64,000 nucleotides of DNA from the NCBI GenBank assembly GCA_964016885.1, contig OZ024745.1, forward strand, positions 27,280,001 through 27,344,000. The letters are read 5' to 3'. A program made the translations under genes and the position numbers. The stretch comes from Eledone cirrhosa (taxonomy: Eukaryota). The notes under the pieces were generated by a model. It was not told where the DNA came from and ran no database searches. It worked only from the letters and a program-made list of their open reading frames with translations. The first letter of the stretch is position 1. Each line of letters starts with the position of its first letter. This document shows positions 26,021 to 37,822 of the stretch, piece after piece.

Positions 26021-26099
26021 GATAGTGATTACAGTTATTTTCTATATTTGAGATTTGTACAGGTTCTTTTTTTTAACGATCGACAATATCCCATACCTT

Positions 26100-26280
26100 A
26101 CCAAGTGAGGTGGAACAAATCGGACCAAAGAAACAATGTTTCCATTGCTGATACTATCTACCAGTCGCAACTCTGGGCGGAAAAAGCAACACGTAAATTA
26201 AAGTGTTTTACTCAAGGACATAACGTACCATCTGGTCAGGGATTCGAACTCGCAACTTCACGATTGTGAATCCAGGATCA
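26100..26280 (-). mobile_element. SINE family 3, decayed
   Basis: Reverse-complement similarity to 39585-39806 (AATCGGACC..GAAACAATGTTTCC, GCAACACGTAAATTAAAGTG). Confidence 0.65.
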
Positions 26281-26774
26281 GCTCCACGTAAGTTTAGCGA
26301 CTGACAAACACATGAAGAAAATACACAATGGTTTACTATCAGGTATGAGCTGCTGGGTACCATTGTACTCGGTAGTCATATTGGCACCGTAAGCATTATA
26401 TTTTTTCTAATTCAGCATCCAGATACTTCCAACAACCAACGAAGTTGAAAAATCGTACAATGCCGGATTAAATTTAGAAAATATAGAATAAGGTGCCGGA
26501 TAAAATGTAGCATTTTTACAATTCCATTGTTATTTTACGGAGATTTTTTTTATTTTTATATATTCACTTTAGGTCTTCATCGGAAAGTGTATATCATCCA
26601 AACAACCAAAAGGAAACACGTATTTGGTGGGCTGATATATCAATTCAGAAGTGGACATACTAATTTGCATATAATTAGCGCTCGTGCTGGTAGTTAATTA
26701 ATATGCATATTAAGAAGTGTGTCAAGCACCCGTAGTGTGTTATAAAGTTATATCTGTGTATTTATATATATATA

Positions 26775-27025
26775 CAGAGTGGATAACCGAGACTGCGCCA
26801 TTAAGAGCAAATAAGGCCATCACATACGTGTTTCCTTGTGGTTGTTTAGATAATATATACACCTTCTGATGAAGAACCAACTAGGTCCGAAAACCGATTA
26901 AAGGTATTTATCATTTTTTTTTTCAATTAACACGGACATTCGTATTTTTAGCCTGTTTACATATATATATACTAAAAATGTGTGTATTTATATACACATT
27001 GGCGCAGTCTCGGTTACTCACTCTG
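26775..27025. mobile_element. Small element with 26-bp terminal inverted repeats in TA tracts, enclosing a hammerhead motif
   Basis: CAGAGTGGATAACCGAGACTGCGCCA (26775-26800) vs TGGCGCAGTCTCGGTTACTCACTCTG (27000-27025), 24/26 match. Confidence 0.75.
26861..26905 (+). ncRNA. Minimal type I hammerhead ribozyme motif (Penelope-like element type)
   Basis: ACCTT-CTGATGA-AGAACC-AACTA-GGTCC-GAAA-ACCGAT-TA-AAGGT: stem I ACCTT/AAGGT, intact core, stem II ACC/GGT, near-palindromic stem III AACCGATT, UUA cleavage triplet. Confidence 0.7.
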
Positions 27026-27044
27026 CTTATATATATATATATAA

Positions 27045-27205
27045 AAGGATCGATCGACTTTCGTTAAATCGGACCGAGGAAACAATGTTTTCGTCGGTCT
27101 TTCCAGTTGCTAGTTCTATCTATCGGTCGCAACTCCAGGTAGAAGGAGCAACGTGAAATAAAGTGTCTTGCTCAAGGGCATAACGCATCGCCCGGTCCAG
27201 GAATC

Positions 27206-27208
<3 letters not shown>
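27045..27208 (-). mobile_element. SINE family 3, truncated at a (TA)n tract
   Basis: Reverse complement of ~39640-39806. Confidence 0.8.

Positions 27209-27277
<69 letters not shown>
27209..27277. repeat. (TA)n microsatellite
   Basis: Pure TA run. Confidence 0.95.
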
Positions 27278-27285
<8 letters not shown>

Positions 27286-27463
27286 AGATCAAAAGATGGT
27301 TAAAAGAGTTCCAAGTATTTTATTATGCGCATTTCAAAAACAAATATCATCATAGGATGATATCTGCGTTCTCATCACATAAAATAGGGAGACATGATAT
27401 GAAGCTTAAACAACACTTGTGAGCAGTGAAGTTTTAAATCAACATATGGAAAAATTAAATATA

Positions 27464-27640
27464 TAATTGTTTCTACTTTTGGCACAAGGCCAGCAATTAT
27501 CCCGGTGCATTACTGGTACTTTATTTTATCGACCCCCGTAGGATGAAAGGCAAAGTTAACCTCGGCGGGATTTGAACTCAGATCGTAAAGGGAGGTAACT
27601 CTATGCTTCAAAGCATGGTGCCCGACCCTCTACTGAATAG
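27464..27640 (-). mobile_element. SINE family 1
   Basis: Reverse complement of the family 1 sequence seen at 23329 and 24978. Confidence 0.9.
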
Positions 27641-27815
27641 CCCCCCGTCTGATCTGGTGTGGAGGTAGACACCATCAGCCGACGTTCCAAATACGTGTTT
27701 CAGTATGACTGTTAAAAAGATGCCGAACAAGGTGGGGACAATGACATAGCCCTGCTTCACACCGCTGCAGATGTTAAATGTTTTCGAAGAAGAGCCTTCA
27801 AATTGAACGAAACCC
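27641..27815 (-). mobile_element. RTE-clade reverse transcriptase fragment
   Basis: Minus strand reads FVQFEGSSSKTFNICSGVKQGYVIVPTLFGIF...GVYLHTRSDG (RT motif GVKQGxxxxPTLF). Confidence 0.8.
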
Positions 27816-28149
27816 GAAGAGAGACCAGTATTAGAACGACTCCTCCACTATACAGTGGTGGCCATAACTGGACCCCGAATCCTAAGGCCGCGCATTCATG
27901 TTAAATATATTAACCTTAATGTACCGAACCGTAGTGATTTTCAGAGGTTGACTGAGGCGATGGGACTGTCCGACTTTGTTTTTTTTCCATTGTCTTTATC
28001 CTATGCGCCCATATGTGAATATGTGTGTGTGCGCGTGAGGATAGACCGGAGCAAATATTAAGGGACAATCTGCGTTCGAGTGATTGTTGCAACTCTCTCT
28101 TTGATCAATCTAATCAATTTTCAAGGTGTCGCCTACTTTCTGAAAGGAC

Positions 28150-28672
28150 AAAATTCTCGGGGGAAAGGGGTTTGATTGATGCCAACATTAATGGTCTCCA
28201 TGGTTTGTCTTGCCACCCGAATGCTAAACCTCATCATTAAGTGGGCCCTAGCTCAGTTCTGGAGCCGGCTGGAGTGTCCAGAATTTATTGGAATAGATCA
28301 GATGGTCTTAACCCTTTGCCCCCGAGTAAAAGGTAGATGTCTCATCTGGGATGCCACAGTCAAACACACATTTGCTCCCTCACACATCCTGGATGCCGCG
28401 GTAAATGTGAGGGTCACTGCTTCCGTAGCTAAACAGAATGAAACTTTAAAATACTGGGAATTATCAACAAACTATTTTTCTAGTCTTTGGCATTCAAGAC
28501 ATTTGGAGGAGCTAGGCCGCTGACAGCGAAGTACTTGTCATAGTTAGCGGCTCGTCTTACCGATGTGTCAGGTGATACCCGTGAGAGTGCTTGGTTGTTT
28601 CAGCGCCCTAGCCACGCTATCACCAGCAGTAATACCGTGAGTGTATTGGCTTGCTTAAAAAATTTCAAATGA
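28150..28672 (+). mobile_element. CRE-clade non-LTR retrotransposon C-terminal fragment (Zn-knuckle remnant plus RLE), frameshifted
   Basis: GLHGLSC, KGRCLIWDATVKHTFAPSH, LKYWEL, and GDTRESAWLFQRLSHAI across frames. Confidence 0.8.
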
Positions 28673-28719
28673 TCCTTGTGGTGTGTGATCGATTGACGCA
28701 CTTAGTATTGAATTGGTAG

Positions 28720-29136
28720 TGTAGCAAGAGTTGCCTCCCTTGTTATGACACTCACATCGCCAATAAATTAACGCTCTCTAGACAGGAAGTAGCTGGAGTT
28801 ACTTCCCGTTGGGGTGGCAGAACCCTTTTTGTCACTTCCGTCTTGAGACCCTATAAAAGGGATACTCAGAGCGATCTCTCTCTCTCTCATTTGCCTTTCG
28901 GCTCCTGGCCTTCTAACCTGCCTGGCCCTTCGGCCAGGCGCGTTCGTCTGGCAACACTAACATGGCCCCTTGCGAGCTAACTTCAAAACGGTAACAAATA
29001 ACTTTACTTCATTCTTTCATCTACTACTTATTGACATGTCAACTATACTGTTCTACATAACTGCAAATTGTTAATTAAACGTGATATACACAACCTAGTG
29101 TCTTGTTATATTCATACACACCAGTATTTTGTTATA
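28720..29136 (+). repeat. 5' LTR
   Basis: TGTAGCAA...TTGTTATA; TATA box CTATAAAA at ~28851. Confidence 0.9.
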
Positions 29137-30365
29137 AGTGGTGACCTCGAGAAAAAAATGACAGAATCTGTTGTGTGAGTATGGAAAAAAGAAAATTAAT
29201 TAGCAGTACACCATTTTCGTGGGAATGTGTCGACCAACATTTCGAATACGCAGCAAACTTTATTAACAAACTAGGAAAATACGCAGACACAGAAACGAAC
29301 ACACGCACATGTGAAATTCTCGTTCAGACAGACTCTTTTTCAACATGAACATTTACTTTTGCTGAATCGCAACTATTGCTTATTTTTTCCGCCAAGTTTT
29401 TTTTTCATCGTTCACAAAAAAATTGAACTCGCCATATTTGTTATACCAAGTGAAGCCTTTCTTTCTTTTTCATCATATTATCACGTTCCCACACAAATTT
29501 TTCAAAATGGCTGCCAACGACCTGTTGCACTATCATTTTCGCGCCATTTTCTCGCGTAATAGAAATATTTTTTTTACAACTTGACTTTAACCTTGTTTCG
29601 GCACGCGTGGGCAACACACATCTCGACTCACTGAGATACCACATGGTTTCTTGCAAAGGATTCTCCAGCCTTTAGCTATATTCTCATATTTGCCGGTTTA
29701 AAAATTTGCCGTTGAAAACTGCGCATTTATTCAGAATGCTTATTTCTTTGGTCGCTGGCCTCTTGACCCTTCCAGGTCAACGCATTCTCAACATCGACCA
29801 TCAACTTTGGCTGTTATTTCTAGCAACTTTGCGCAACTCATTTTTTCTGGGAAAATTTTTACTGTGAATTTAAACATCGAATACGCTCACTCCGCGAGAC
29901 AACAACATCAACAGCAACACAGCTTCATCAACAACCAAAACCAGCAGAACAAGCCAGAGAATTTATTTTTGCAGTACTCTTCCTGTGAGAAAATCCCTTC
30001 GGAAGTTGGAAATTTCACGTTATACCACAGACCAGAAACCACCTGCATTCATTCTCTGGAACACACTTTCTTTCCAGCTGTCATGTGATTGCACACCTGT
30101 GAACTGTATTTTGAACATTTGAACTTTGACCTCTTCTTTTACTTTGATTACATTGTATCTTTGAGTGATGGATAAATAGTTCTCTGGCCAAGAGCGGTTG
30201 GCTACCATGATATCTATCATTGATTTTTGCATGCATATATTTTACTGTTTTCCTTTTATTGCAAACATTATTTTTTTCGTCATTTTCATGCCTGTACATG
30301 CTCGCCATCTTACTCCATAAATGTTTCATTCGATTTTTATATTTAAAAAATCTGGCGGGAGATAA

Positions 30366-30780
30366 TGTAGCAAGAGTTGCCTCTCTTGTTGTGACACTCA
30401 CATCACCAATAGATTAACGCTCTCTAGACAGGAAGTAGCTGGAGTTACTTCCCGTTGGGGTGGCAGAACCCTTTTTGTCACTTCCGTCTTGAGACCCTAT
30501 AAAAGGGATACTCAGAGCGATCTCTCTCTCTCATTTGCCTTTCGGCTCCTGGCCTTCTAACCTGCCTGGCCCTTCGGCCAGGCGCGTTCGTCTGGCAACA
30601 CTAACATGGCCTCTTGCGAGCTAACTTCAAAACGGTAACAAATAACTTTACTGCATTCTTTCATCTACTACTCATTGACATGTCAACTATACTGTTCTAC
30701 ATAACTGCAGATTGTTAATTAAACGTTATATACACATCCTAGTGTCTTGTTATATTCATACACACCAGTATTTTGTTATA
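30366..30780 (+). repeat. 3' LTR
   Basis: Direct repeat of 28720-29136 with ~10 substitutions and one CT indel (counted by eye). Confidence 0.9.
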
Positions 30781-30845
30781 GTAGTTTTCTTTCTCCCCCC
30801 CCCCCCCCACCCCGCTTTGATGATATATTTTTGTGCATTATATTT

Positions 30846-31020
30846 CAGTATCGGTAGAGGGTCGGATATGCTTTCCAGCATAGTTACGTCCCTTTACGAT
30901 CTGAGTTCAAATCCCGCCGAGGTTAACTTTGCCTTTCATCCATACAGAGGTCGATAAAATAAAGTACCAGTAATGTACTGGGTAATTGCTGGCCTTGTGC
31001 CAAAAGTAGAAACAATTATA
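30846..31020 (+). mobile_element. SINE family 1
   Basis: Matches the family 1 B-box, central domain and tail. Confidence 0.9.
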
Positions 31021-31133
31021 TTTATAAGGTTCCTAGCAATAATTAATTGATTCTATAAGTATTTCTATTTAGTCTTATATAATTGTTATATAATAATAAA
31101 AGATAGTGCTACACACACATGTATATATATACA

Positions 31134-31210
31134 CATGGTGTCCCCCAAAATGCATACATACATTTATTAGAATGCTCTGGAAGTGTGTATACATTTTTAG
31201 GGACACCATG
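31134..31210. mobile_element. 77-bp Tc1/mariner-like mini-MITE
   Basis: TIR CATGGTGTCCC / GGGACACCATG in a TA context. Confidence 0.65.
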
Positions 31211-31437
31211 TATATATTATTCAAAATGTTAACAAATGAAAAATATTCTCATAATCAAAATATATGCTTTATTATATATATTTCAAAGGTACTGTGTTGT
31301 TTTTTCAGTACGTCCTCATCAGATAAAATATATGATTTGATATGACATACCGCTACGGTCTTGATTATTCAATTCCAGTATTAGCAATCTTTGGTTTTAT
31401 ATATATATAAATATATAAGAGTGTTTAAGTTTGCTTT

Positions 31438-31518
<81 letters not shown>

Positions 31519-31603
31519 ATACATACAAGGAGTTGCTGAGACGCGCATATTATAGTTTTAATTTATTCTGCGAGCATCGATGAGTTCGGCAGAAATTGTT
31601 CGA

Positions 31604-31638
31604 ACGTCATCAGTTGTGACGTCACAGAACCAAGATGG
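31604..31638 (+). promoter_or_regulatory. Candidate promoter: full CRE palindrome, CRE half-site and YY1-like motif
   Basis: TGTGACGTCACA (31615-31626), ACGTCA (31604-31609), AAGATGG (31632-31638) in a locally CpG-richer non-repeat patch. Downstream donor CAG|GTCAGT at 31753/31754. Confidence 0.4.
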
Positions 31639-31753
31639 ACCAGAGCAACGAGCACTGTCTTGTTGAAAGGAGAATACATACACAAAAGCAATGTTATATC
31701 GTGTAGGCAAACAGCTAACTCCTCCTCACTTGACACAATTTCACATATTTCAG
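31627..31753 (+). other. Candidate 5' UTR exon of the 51.4-54.9 kb gene
   Basis: Unique sequence after the CRE box ending in a plausible donor. The link to the downstream exon is inferred only. Confidence 0.3.
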
Positions 31754-31867
31754 GTCAGTCCCACGCATTTATTTGAAATTGTTTTAATATATACCATATG
31801 CTTAATTTTTTTTTCCGAATTATTTATATGAAATTTTATACTCATTAGGATATATATATATATATTC

Positions 31868-32027
31868 AGATTGAGTGTTCGTAAGTCGCTGCTCGGAGTC
31901 CCGAGTCAGTTAGATAACGGTAAAAATAAACTCTGAGAAGCGACCCACGAAAACTCAGCATTTAATAAATATTATTCTACTTTACTACAATATTGAGTAC
32001 TTTTTGTTTTCACGGTGATCTCTTATT

Positions 32028-32030
<3 letters not shown>
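31868..32030 (+). mobile_element. Fold-back mini-element with a decayed hammerhead-like core and TATTGAGTACT tail
   Basis: Arms TGAGTGTTCGTAAGTCGCT / AGCGACCCACGAAAACTCA, inner AAACTCTGAG, tail TTCTAC..AATATTGAGTACT. Confidence 0.45.
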
Positions 32031-32076
<46 letters not shown>

Positions 32077-32109
32077 GGACACACGCGCACATTTCTCTCT
32101 CTTATATAT

Positions 32110-32275
32110 ATATGTAGATTTCCCAGTTGTCGGGGGTAACCACAATTAAAAATAATACTCAATACATTGGTAGAGTATAGGCATCTTTTATATATATAAA
32201 TGACTTATACAAGACTAGAACTGTTTTGTGCGTATGAAATCATCAGGAATGAAACAGTTCTGATCCTGTATGTAT
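32110..32275 (-). mobile_element. Fold-back mini-element; paralogue at ~58200-58345
   Basis: Arms TACAAGACTAGAACTGTTT / AAACAGTTCTGATCCTGTA, CTGATGA on the minus strand (32240-32246), and tail TACTCAATAC..GTAGAGT on the plus strand. Confidence 0.5.
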
Positions 32276-33967
32276 ATATATATATACGCACATAGAGAGA
32301 AAGATCACCGTGAAAATGTGTGTGTAATCCTTTTGTGTTCTAATCACATACATTATACCATTAACTGTATTACTGGTGATAGCGATATGGAGTAATACTT
32401 GCCTGTAGTATTTTTACAGCTCTTCTTTAGTTAGTGTCTTACAACTATTGTTAATGATAAATAAATGACCTTAGAATATACAGATTTCATAAAACATCTT
32501 TTTAGATTTTTTTGTGATAGTTATACTAGTGGTGGTCATGATTTGGGGTCTTTTATTTTATTTTCATTATTATTTTAAAATTATATATCAGGAAGATGAT
32601 TATAATCATGATTGTATGAAAATAAAAGACCGTTATACTGACTTAGCTACTTGTATCACTTGTGTGTGTGTGTTTTATTTTTTAGTGCCTCATCTATCAT
32701 TATTCATGGACTGGTGTCGATTCAATCGACTTTCCCCTCCCACACAATTGCTGGCCTTGTGTCTATATAAGAAACCATTATCATCATTAGTATTATTACT
32801 AGTTATGTCACGGTTTCTACCGTTATCTTATCAATTGAAACGTACAATCTCGTAAACAACCAGATTGTTTAACACTCACACACGCTCTTCGCTCACATAC
32901 ACTTATCTAAATGTATTCACCCAATCCGACCTTGTTTGTTGCAATATAGATTACGACAGTGTACATATTTTAAGAGTATTCATGTTTTTCAACAATAAAA
33001 CAATAGTAACAAAATAACGTTCATATTATATATAAAGCCTGGTGTTTTTTCTTTACACTTTAATATTTTGAGAATGCCATGCCTGTTGAAGCATAGCTAG
33101 AGTACATAGCCAGAACAATATGTATACGGGGAGTACCTACCTATACAGCCTGTTAATTACTTTTACACCTATACGCAATTACTGAAAATCTACCTATTTT
33201 ATTGGCTGCCGAAAAACCTTGAACGAATAATTACGTTTTAATATTGCGTTTGTTATTTTAAATTTATTTTACTTTAGAAACGATATTAAAAAGAAATCAT
33301 ATATATACATATGCACATGTTATATACATATAAGAATGTTTCTACTCTGGTGTAATCATTTACGTTGAAATCTTCATAGCTTTTTACCACATATATATAT
33401 ACTGAGGACAGATTTAATTATTTTGCCATCTACATTATCAAACGAAATCGAAAATTATATCGATTATATAAACCTTATATACATATTAATATATATATAT
33501 ATATGTGTGTATGTGGACCATTCAAATTATTTACCTGGATTTATTTCACTGACGACACGGAACTGAATTAACACCTATTAGCTACCTTTCTCCCCACTTT
33601 TTATTTTTGTACAAGGAAAATAATAACCCTCCGAAAAACTTCCAAGAGTCCAATATTCTATTTTGACGATATTTTTAGACATCATTTTCTGTTCTTGTAT
33701 TATGTCTGCCGTTATTAATATGACGAATTTTCTGGAACAAGGTGGGTGATGTTTTTTCTCTTGATTCTTCCACATTTTATCAATCACCATTCATGCCGTC
33801 TTTCTCAGTACAGCTTTCATTCATCATATATCGATTTTTTTTATTTTTATATCCATTAGCCACAAAGTTGTTTAACTCCAGGTCAGGCCTCGTTAAACAA
33901 ATCTATAATCAAAGGTATCCCAGCCGTGACCAAGCCAGACCAGATAGGGGCAGGTGGGCTATTTTGC

Positions 33968-34195
33968 CGTGTGGCACAGTGGTTAAGGTGTTGGACTTAT
34001 GATCATGATGTGAATTCAATTCCTGGACCGAGTTGTGTTTTTGAGCAAAACATCATTTCAAGTTGCTCCAGTATACGCAGCTGAAAAGGAGTAGCTGGGA
34101 GTTAACTCTGCGATGGACTGGCGCCCTGTCCAGGAGGGAGTCATGTACTGTCAGTCACTTAACACCAAGAAAACCGGGATAAGCACTGGCCTTCA
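33968..34195 (+). mobile_element. SINE family 2
   Basis: TGGCACAGTGG A-box, GAATTCAATTCC B-box, CORE-like centre and shared 3' segment. Confidence 0.85.
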
Positions 34196-35295
34196 TGATT
34201 GTGACACATTTTTCTAAATGTTGTTGTATTACCTTGTATATCTATATAATCATAACTTATACATAATTCATGTGTTCAGCTCTGATTACTAAAAATACTT
34301 AATGTATGGGCCTATTAGCAACTTTGGGAGCCTACATTTTATATCTGGCATACACCTTTATATCAGGTTTGCCTGGTCTTTCCGGGTATCAAGGACTACA
34401 TTATCTTACATGTTCTTTTTTTAAGATATTGGAGAGATCTGACTGCTTTTTCTAGCAGGTCTAACAACCAAATGAAGGCGGCAGAGCCATTAGAACATAG
34501 GCTAGAGTTATTTGTTCTGGTTTGCTGCAAATCCTGTTGAGATCAACTTTGCCTTTCCTCCTTTCACAGCTGATAAAAACATATCATTCTAATACTGGGG
34601 TCAATTCTTCCACTGTATCTCTTTCTCACTTCTATCACTTTCTCTCCTTCTCTGATAGAAATCAGCTATGTTCAGACCACTAGGTTTTTAAAAAGGCCCA
34701 AGAAAACAATCTTTTCCAACAGATTTGGAAGTCAGATTCATTGAAAACACACACAAAAAAAAAAAATCTGAAAAAAATAATTTCCCATTGAACACTAGTT
34801 ACCATAATATTTTCATAGATGGTGTTTACATCTATCTATACATATAGATATATTCTGTAGTGAAGTATTGTATAATATTCAAGAAGTGAGTTGAAAGCCC
34901 TTGTGGTATTTTACTTTTAGCCATATTGCACATTCTGGAGTATTAGTGACCAAAGAGACAGTTTAAACCAGCTCTAGATACGTGATTGTGTTTTGAGACA
35001 ATGTATTATATGTGAGGAATGTGATATTAGAAAGAGTCTAGTAAAGATGTTAGACTTAGAATTGTGAGATTGTAGTTTAATTTCCCAGACCAGTCGTTGC
35101 ATTGTGTCCTTTAGCAAGACAATTCATTTCACATTGCTCCAATCTACTAAGCTGACACCAATGCATTGCTAACAGCTGAGGGTTTACCCTTTGATAGAAT
35201 GGCATCCCTTTCAAGAGGAATCTTGTACTGTCACAACACTAAAGAAACTAGGATCAACTCTGACCTGATGAATCTCCAATCATGAGAATAATGAA

Positions 35296-35668
35296 TCAAA
35301 GGGATTAACTAACTCTGAACATTTGATCTTTATTGAACAACAGACTGACTTGAGACTAACTATGGGGTCTTGTAAATCAAAAGGATTAGCTAACTCTGAA
35401 CATTTGATCTTTATTGAACAACAGATTGACTTGAGACTGACTATGGGGTCTTGTAAATCAAAAGGATTAGCTAACTCTGAACATTTGATCTTTATTGAAC
35501 AACAGATTGACTTGAGACTGACTATGGGGTCTTGTAAATCAAAAGGATTAGCTAACTCTGAACATTTGATCTTTATTGAACAACAGATTGACTTGAGACT
35601 GACTATGGGGTCTTGTAAATCAAAAGGATTAGCTAACTCTGAACATTTGATCTTTATTGAACAACAGG
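35296..35668. repeat. 81-bp tandem repeat, ~4.6 nearly identical copies
   Basis: Unit TCAAAAGGATTAGCTAACTCTGAACATTTGATCTTTATTGAACAACAGATTGACTTGAGACTGACTATGGGGTCTTGTAAA. Confidence 0.95.
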
Positions 35669-36188
35669 CTTTATTGAACAAAGACTGCATATTAAGTTTA
35701 CAACTTAATATGCAGTCTTTACTGTCAAAGTCAAAAGTTTTCTTTTGTGGGGTCAAATTATTTTATTGAATAGGTTAAAACACATAGGTCTCTCTCACTC
35801 TGTGTGTGTGTGTGTATCAATTGTCTTCTTATGTTATATAGTCCTGTGTCTCTTATAGACAAGAGTATTTATTGAGAGCGATTTGGCTGCTATAGCAAAC
35901 TACTCGTTATTGTTAAACCCCAGGTCAGTTGTGGTTGACCAGTCTGTCTTCTTTCATGTATGTTGGATCCAATGTGATCCAAATCATATATATTTTGTAT
36001 CCAATATTGTAAGCTTAATCCATTTTCCAGTTTAACACCACCAACTGGACCTTGGCTACCCGTAGCAGTGTCCACTCTGTTACAAAGAAAATTGGTCCAG
36101 GTTTCTCATTTAAGGATAACTCTATTCTGTCCACCATCCCATTTTCAAAGGCCTGGTAAAGGGCCATTAGAACTCCACTTCCTCTTAA

Positions 36189-36410
36189 CCCTTTACCATT
36201 TAAACCAGCCATATCCGACCAGAATTCTTTCACCTCTTTCTGTTCAAACTGGTCATAACTGGTTACTCATACTGACATTAAGGTATTGCTCTCAAAATAA
36301 ATAACATTAAAATCTCGTAGATTCAATAATATGTAAGATAATTATGTTACGGTAAAGCCTTTACTAAAAAAATACAATAGCATATGTAGAGTAATGTAAA
36401 TGCTAAAGGG
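36189..36410. mobile_element. piggyBac-like MITE
   Basis: TTAA|CCCTTTACCATTTA ... TAAATGCTAAAGGG|TTAA (13/14 TIR match, TTAA TSD). Confidence 0.8.
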
Positions 36411-37164
36411 TTAAGTGATTGAAAAAAAAAATGTTTGTTTTGATCTGAGGAAGATTTAGCTACTACTTCTAGCAGATCGTGATTGCTGCTAAGAAATTTT
36501 TCTAGCTCATGTTTTGTTTGTAGTAGTAGGTGTTGTTGTTGGTAGTGTTGTAGTTGTTTAAACGTTTGACACATATAGTATTAATAGTAGCAGCACTGTC
36601 CAATCAGCAACTGTCTTTTTGTCCCATTCATTTCTTGAAACTTTGGCCGTCCAATTTCTCAATAGAACTGTAGCTTACAAATCTGATTATATATGAATTA
36701 AATGGAAAGGACAGTTGGCAGAACTTACTGGAAGTAACGTGTATCATGTTTGACTACAAATAATTGAGCAGTAGCTAATAAAACAATAACAACAACAGAA
36801 CACTTTATTAAAGGGAACAGAAGAAGAAAAGAAAATGAAAAAGAAAGAATCAAACAAAAAAATGGAAGGGGGAGGGACAGACACAGTATCTCAGTTGTGC
36901 CCCTCCCCCTCCAACAAACCGGCAAAATCTTCAATTATACTTAAATTGCCAATTATGTTTGTTCTTCTATTGGTCTCTCTCTCTCTCTCCCTCTTTCGTC
37001 CCTTTCTCTCTATCTCTCTCTCTAAATAGTCAATCTAATGTGAACTAATGAGACAAATACTAATTACTTAATTACAGGTGATATAGTATTTCATGTCTCT
37101 GGTTTGTTCGTAGTTCTTATATTTTAACAATGGATTTTACCTGTCTGCACAGAAGCTGCCAATG

Positions 37165-37670
37165 GGATATGTGTGTGCCAATCTGATGCAATATGTGATG
37201 TATGTGTGGTGTGAGTATGTGTGACATAATGTAAGTGTGTGGCATATGAGGTGTGTGTGTGGAATCTGTATGTGTATAATTGTGTGTGGTGCATATGAAG
37301 TATGTGTGTGTGGCGGATACATATGAGGTATGTGTGTGTGTGTAAGTGTATGGCATATATGAAGTATGTGTGTATGCATGCCATATGAAGTATGTGTTTG
37401 GCATATGCGGTATGTGTGTGTGGTATATGTGGAGTGTGTGCATGTGTGGCATATATGAAATTTTTTTTTTATGTGGTGTATGAGTTATGTGTGTAAATGT
37501 GTGGCATATAAAGTGTGTGTGTTTGTGTATTGTATATATGAAATATCAGTGTGAATGTGTGTTACATGTTTGAGGTGTGTGTGACATAAGTGAGTGACAT
37601 ACAGTGTGTGGTATATGAGGTGTGTGTATGTGACATATATGAAGTATGTTTATATGAAGTGTATGTAAGT
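37165..37670. repeat. Degenerate TG-rich low-complexity repeat
   Basis: (TG)n interspersed with GCATATGAAG-like motifs. Confidence 0.85.
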
Positions 37671-37684
37671 GTTATGCAATATGT

Positions 37685-37822
37685 CTAAGTCTAAAGTCTG
37701 TCTTAAACCAGAAGGCTCATTTGGCCAGTGCTTATCCCGGTTTCATGGCGTGAAGCGACTGAGAGTACAAAACTCCCCCTGGACAGGACGCCAGTCCATT
37801 GCAGGGTTAAACCTCCAGCTAT
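37685..37822 (-). mobile_element. SINE family 2, 3' fragment
   Basis: Reverse complement of ~20530-20666. Confidence 0.85.

Larger units (their letters stand above)
28720..30780 (+). mobile_element. Complete non-autonomous LTR retroelement (Gypsy-like; TRIM/LARD-type)
   Basis: Two ~416-bp LTRs, 4-bp TSD GTAG (28716-28719, 30781-30784), PBS-like TGGTGACC at 29139, purine-rich tract before 30366. No recognisable gag/pol ORF inside. Confidence 0.9.

Noticed and set aside
29137-30365. gag/pol genes inside the LTR element
   Set aside because: Only short ORFs with no recognisable protease, RT, RNase H or integrase motifs.
35280-35769. 148-aa and 158-aa repeat ORFs
   Set aside because: By-products of the 81-bp tandem repeat, open on both strands, with no splice context.
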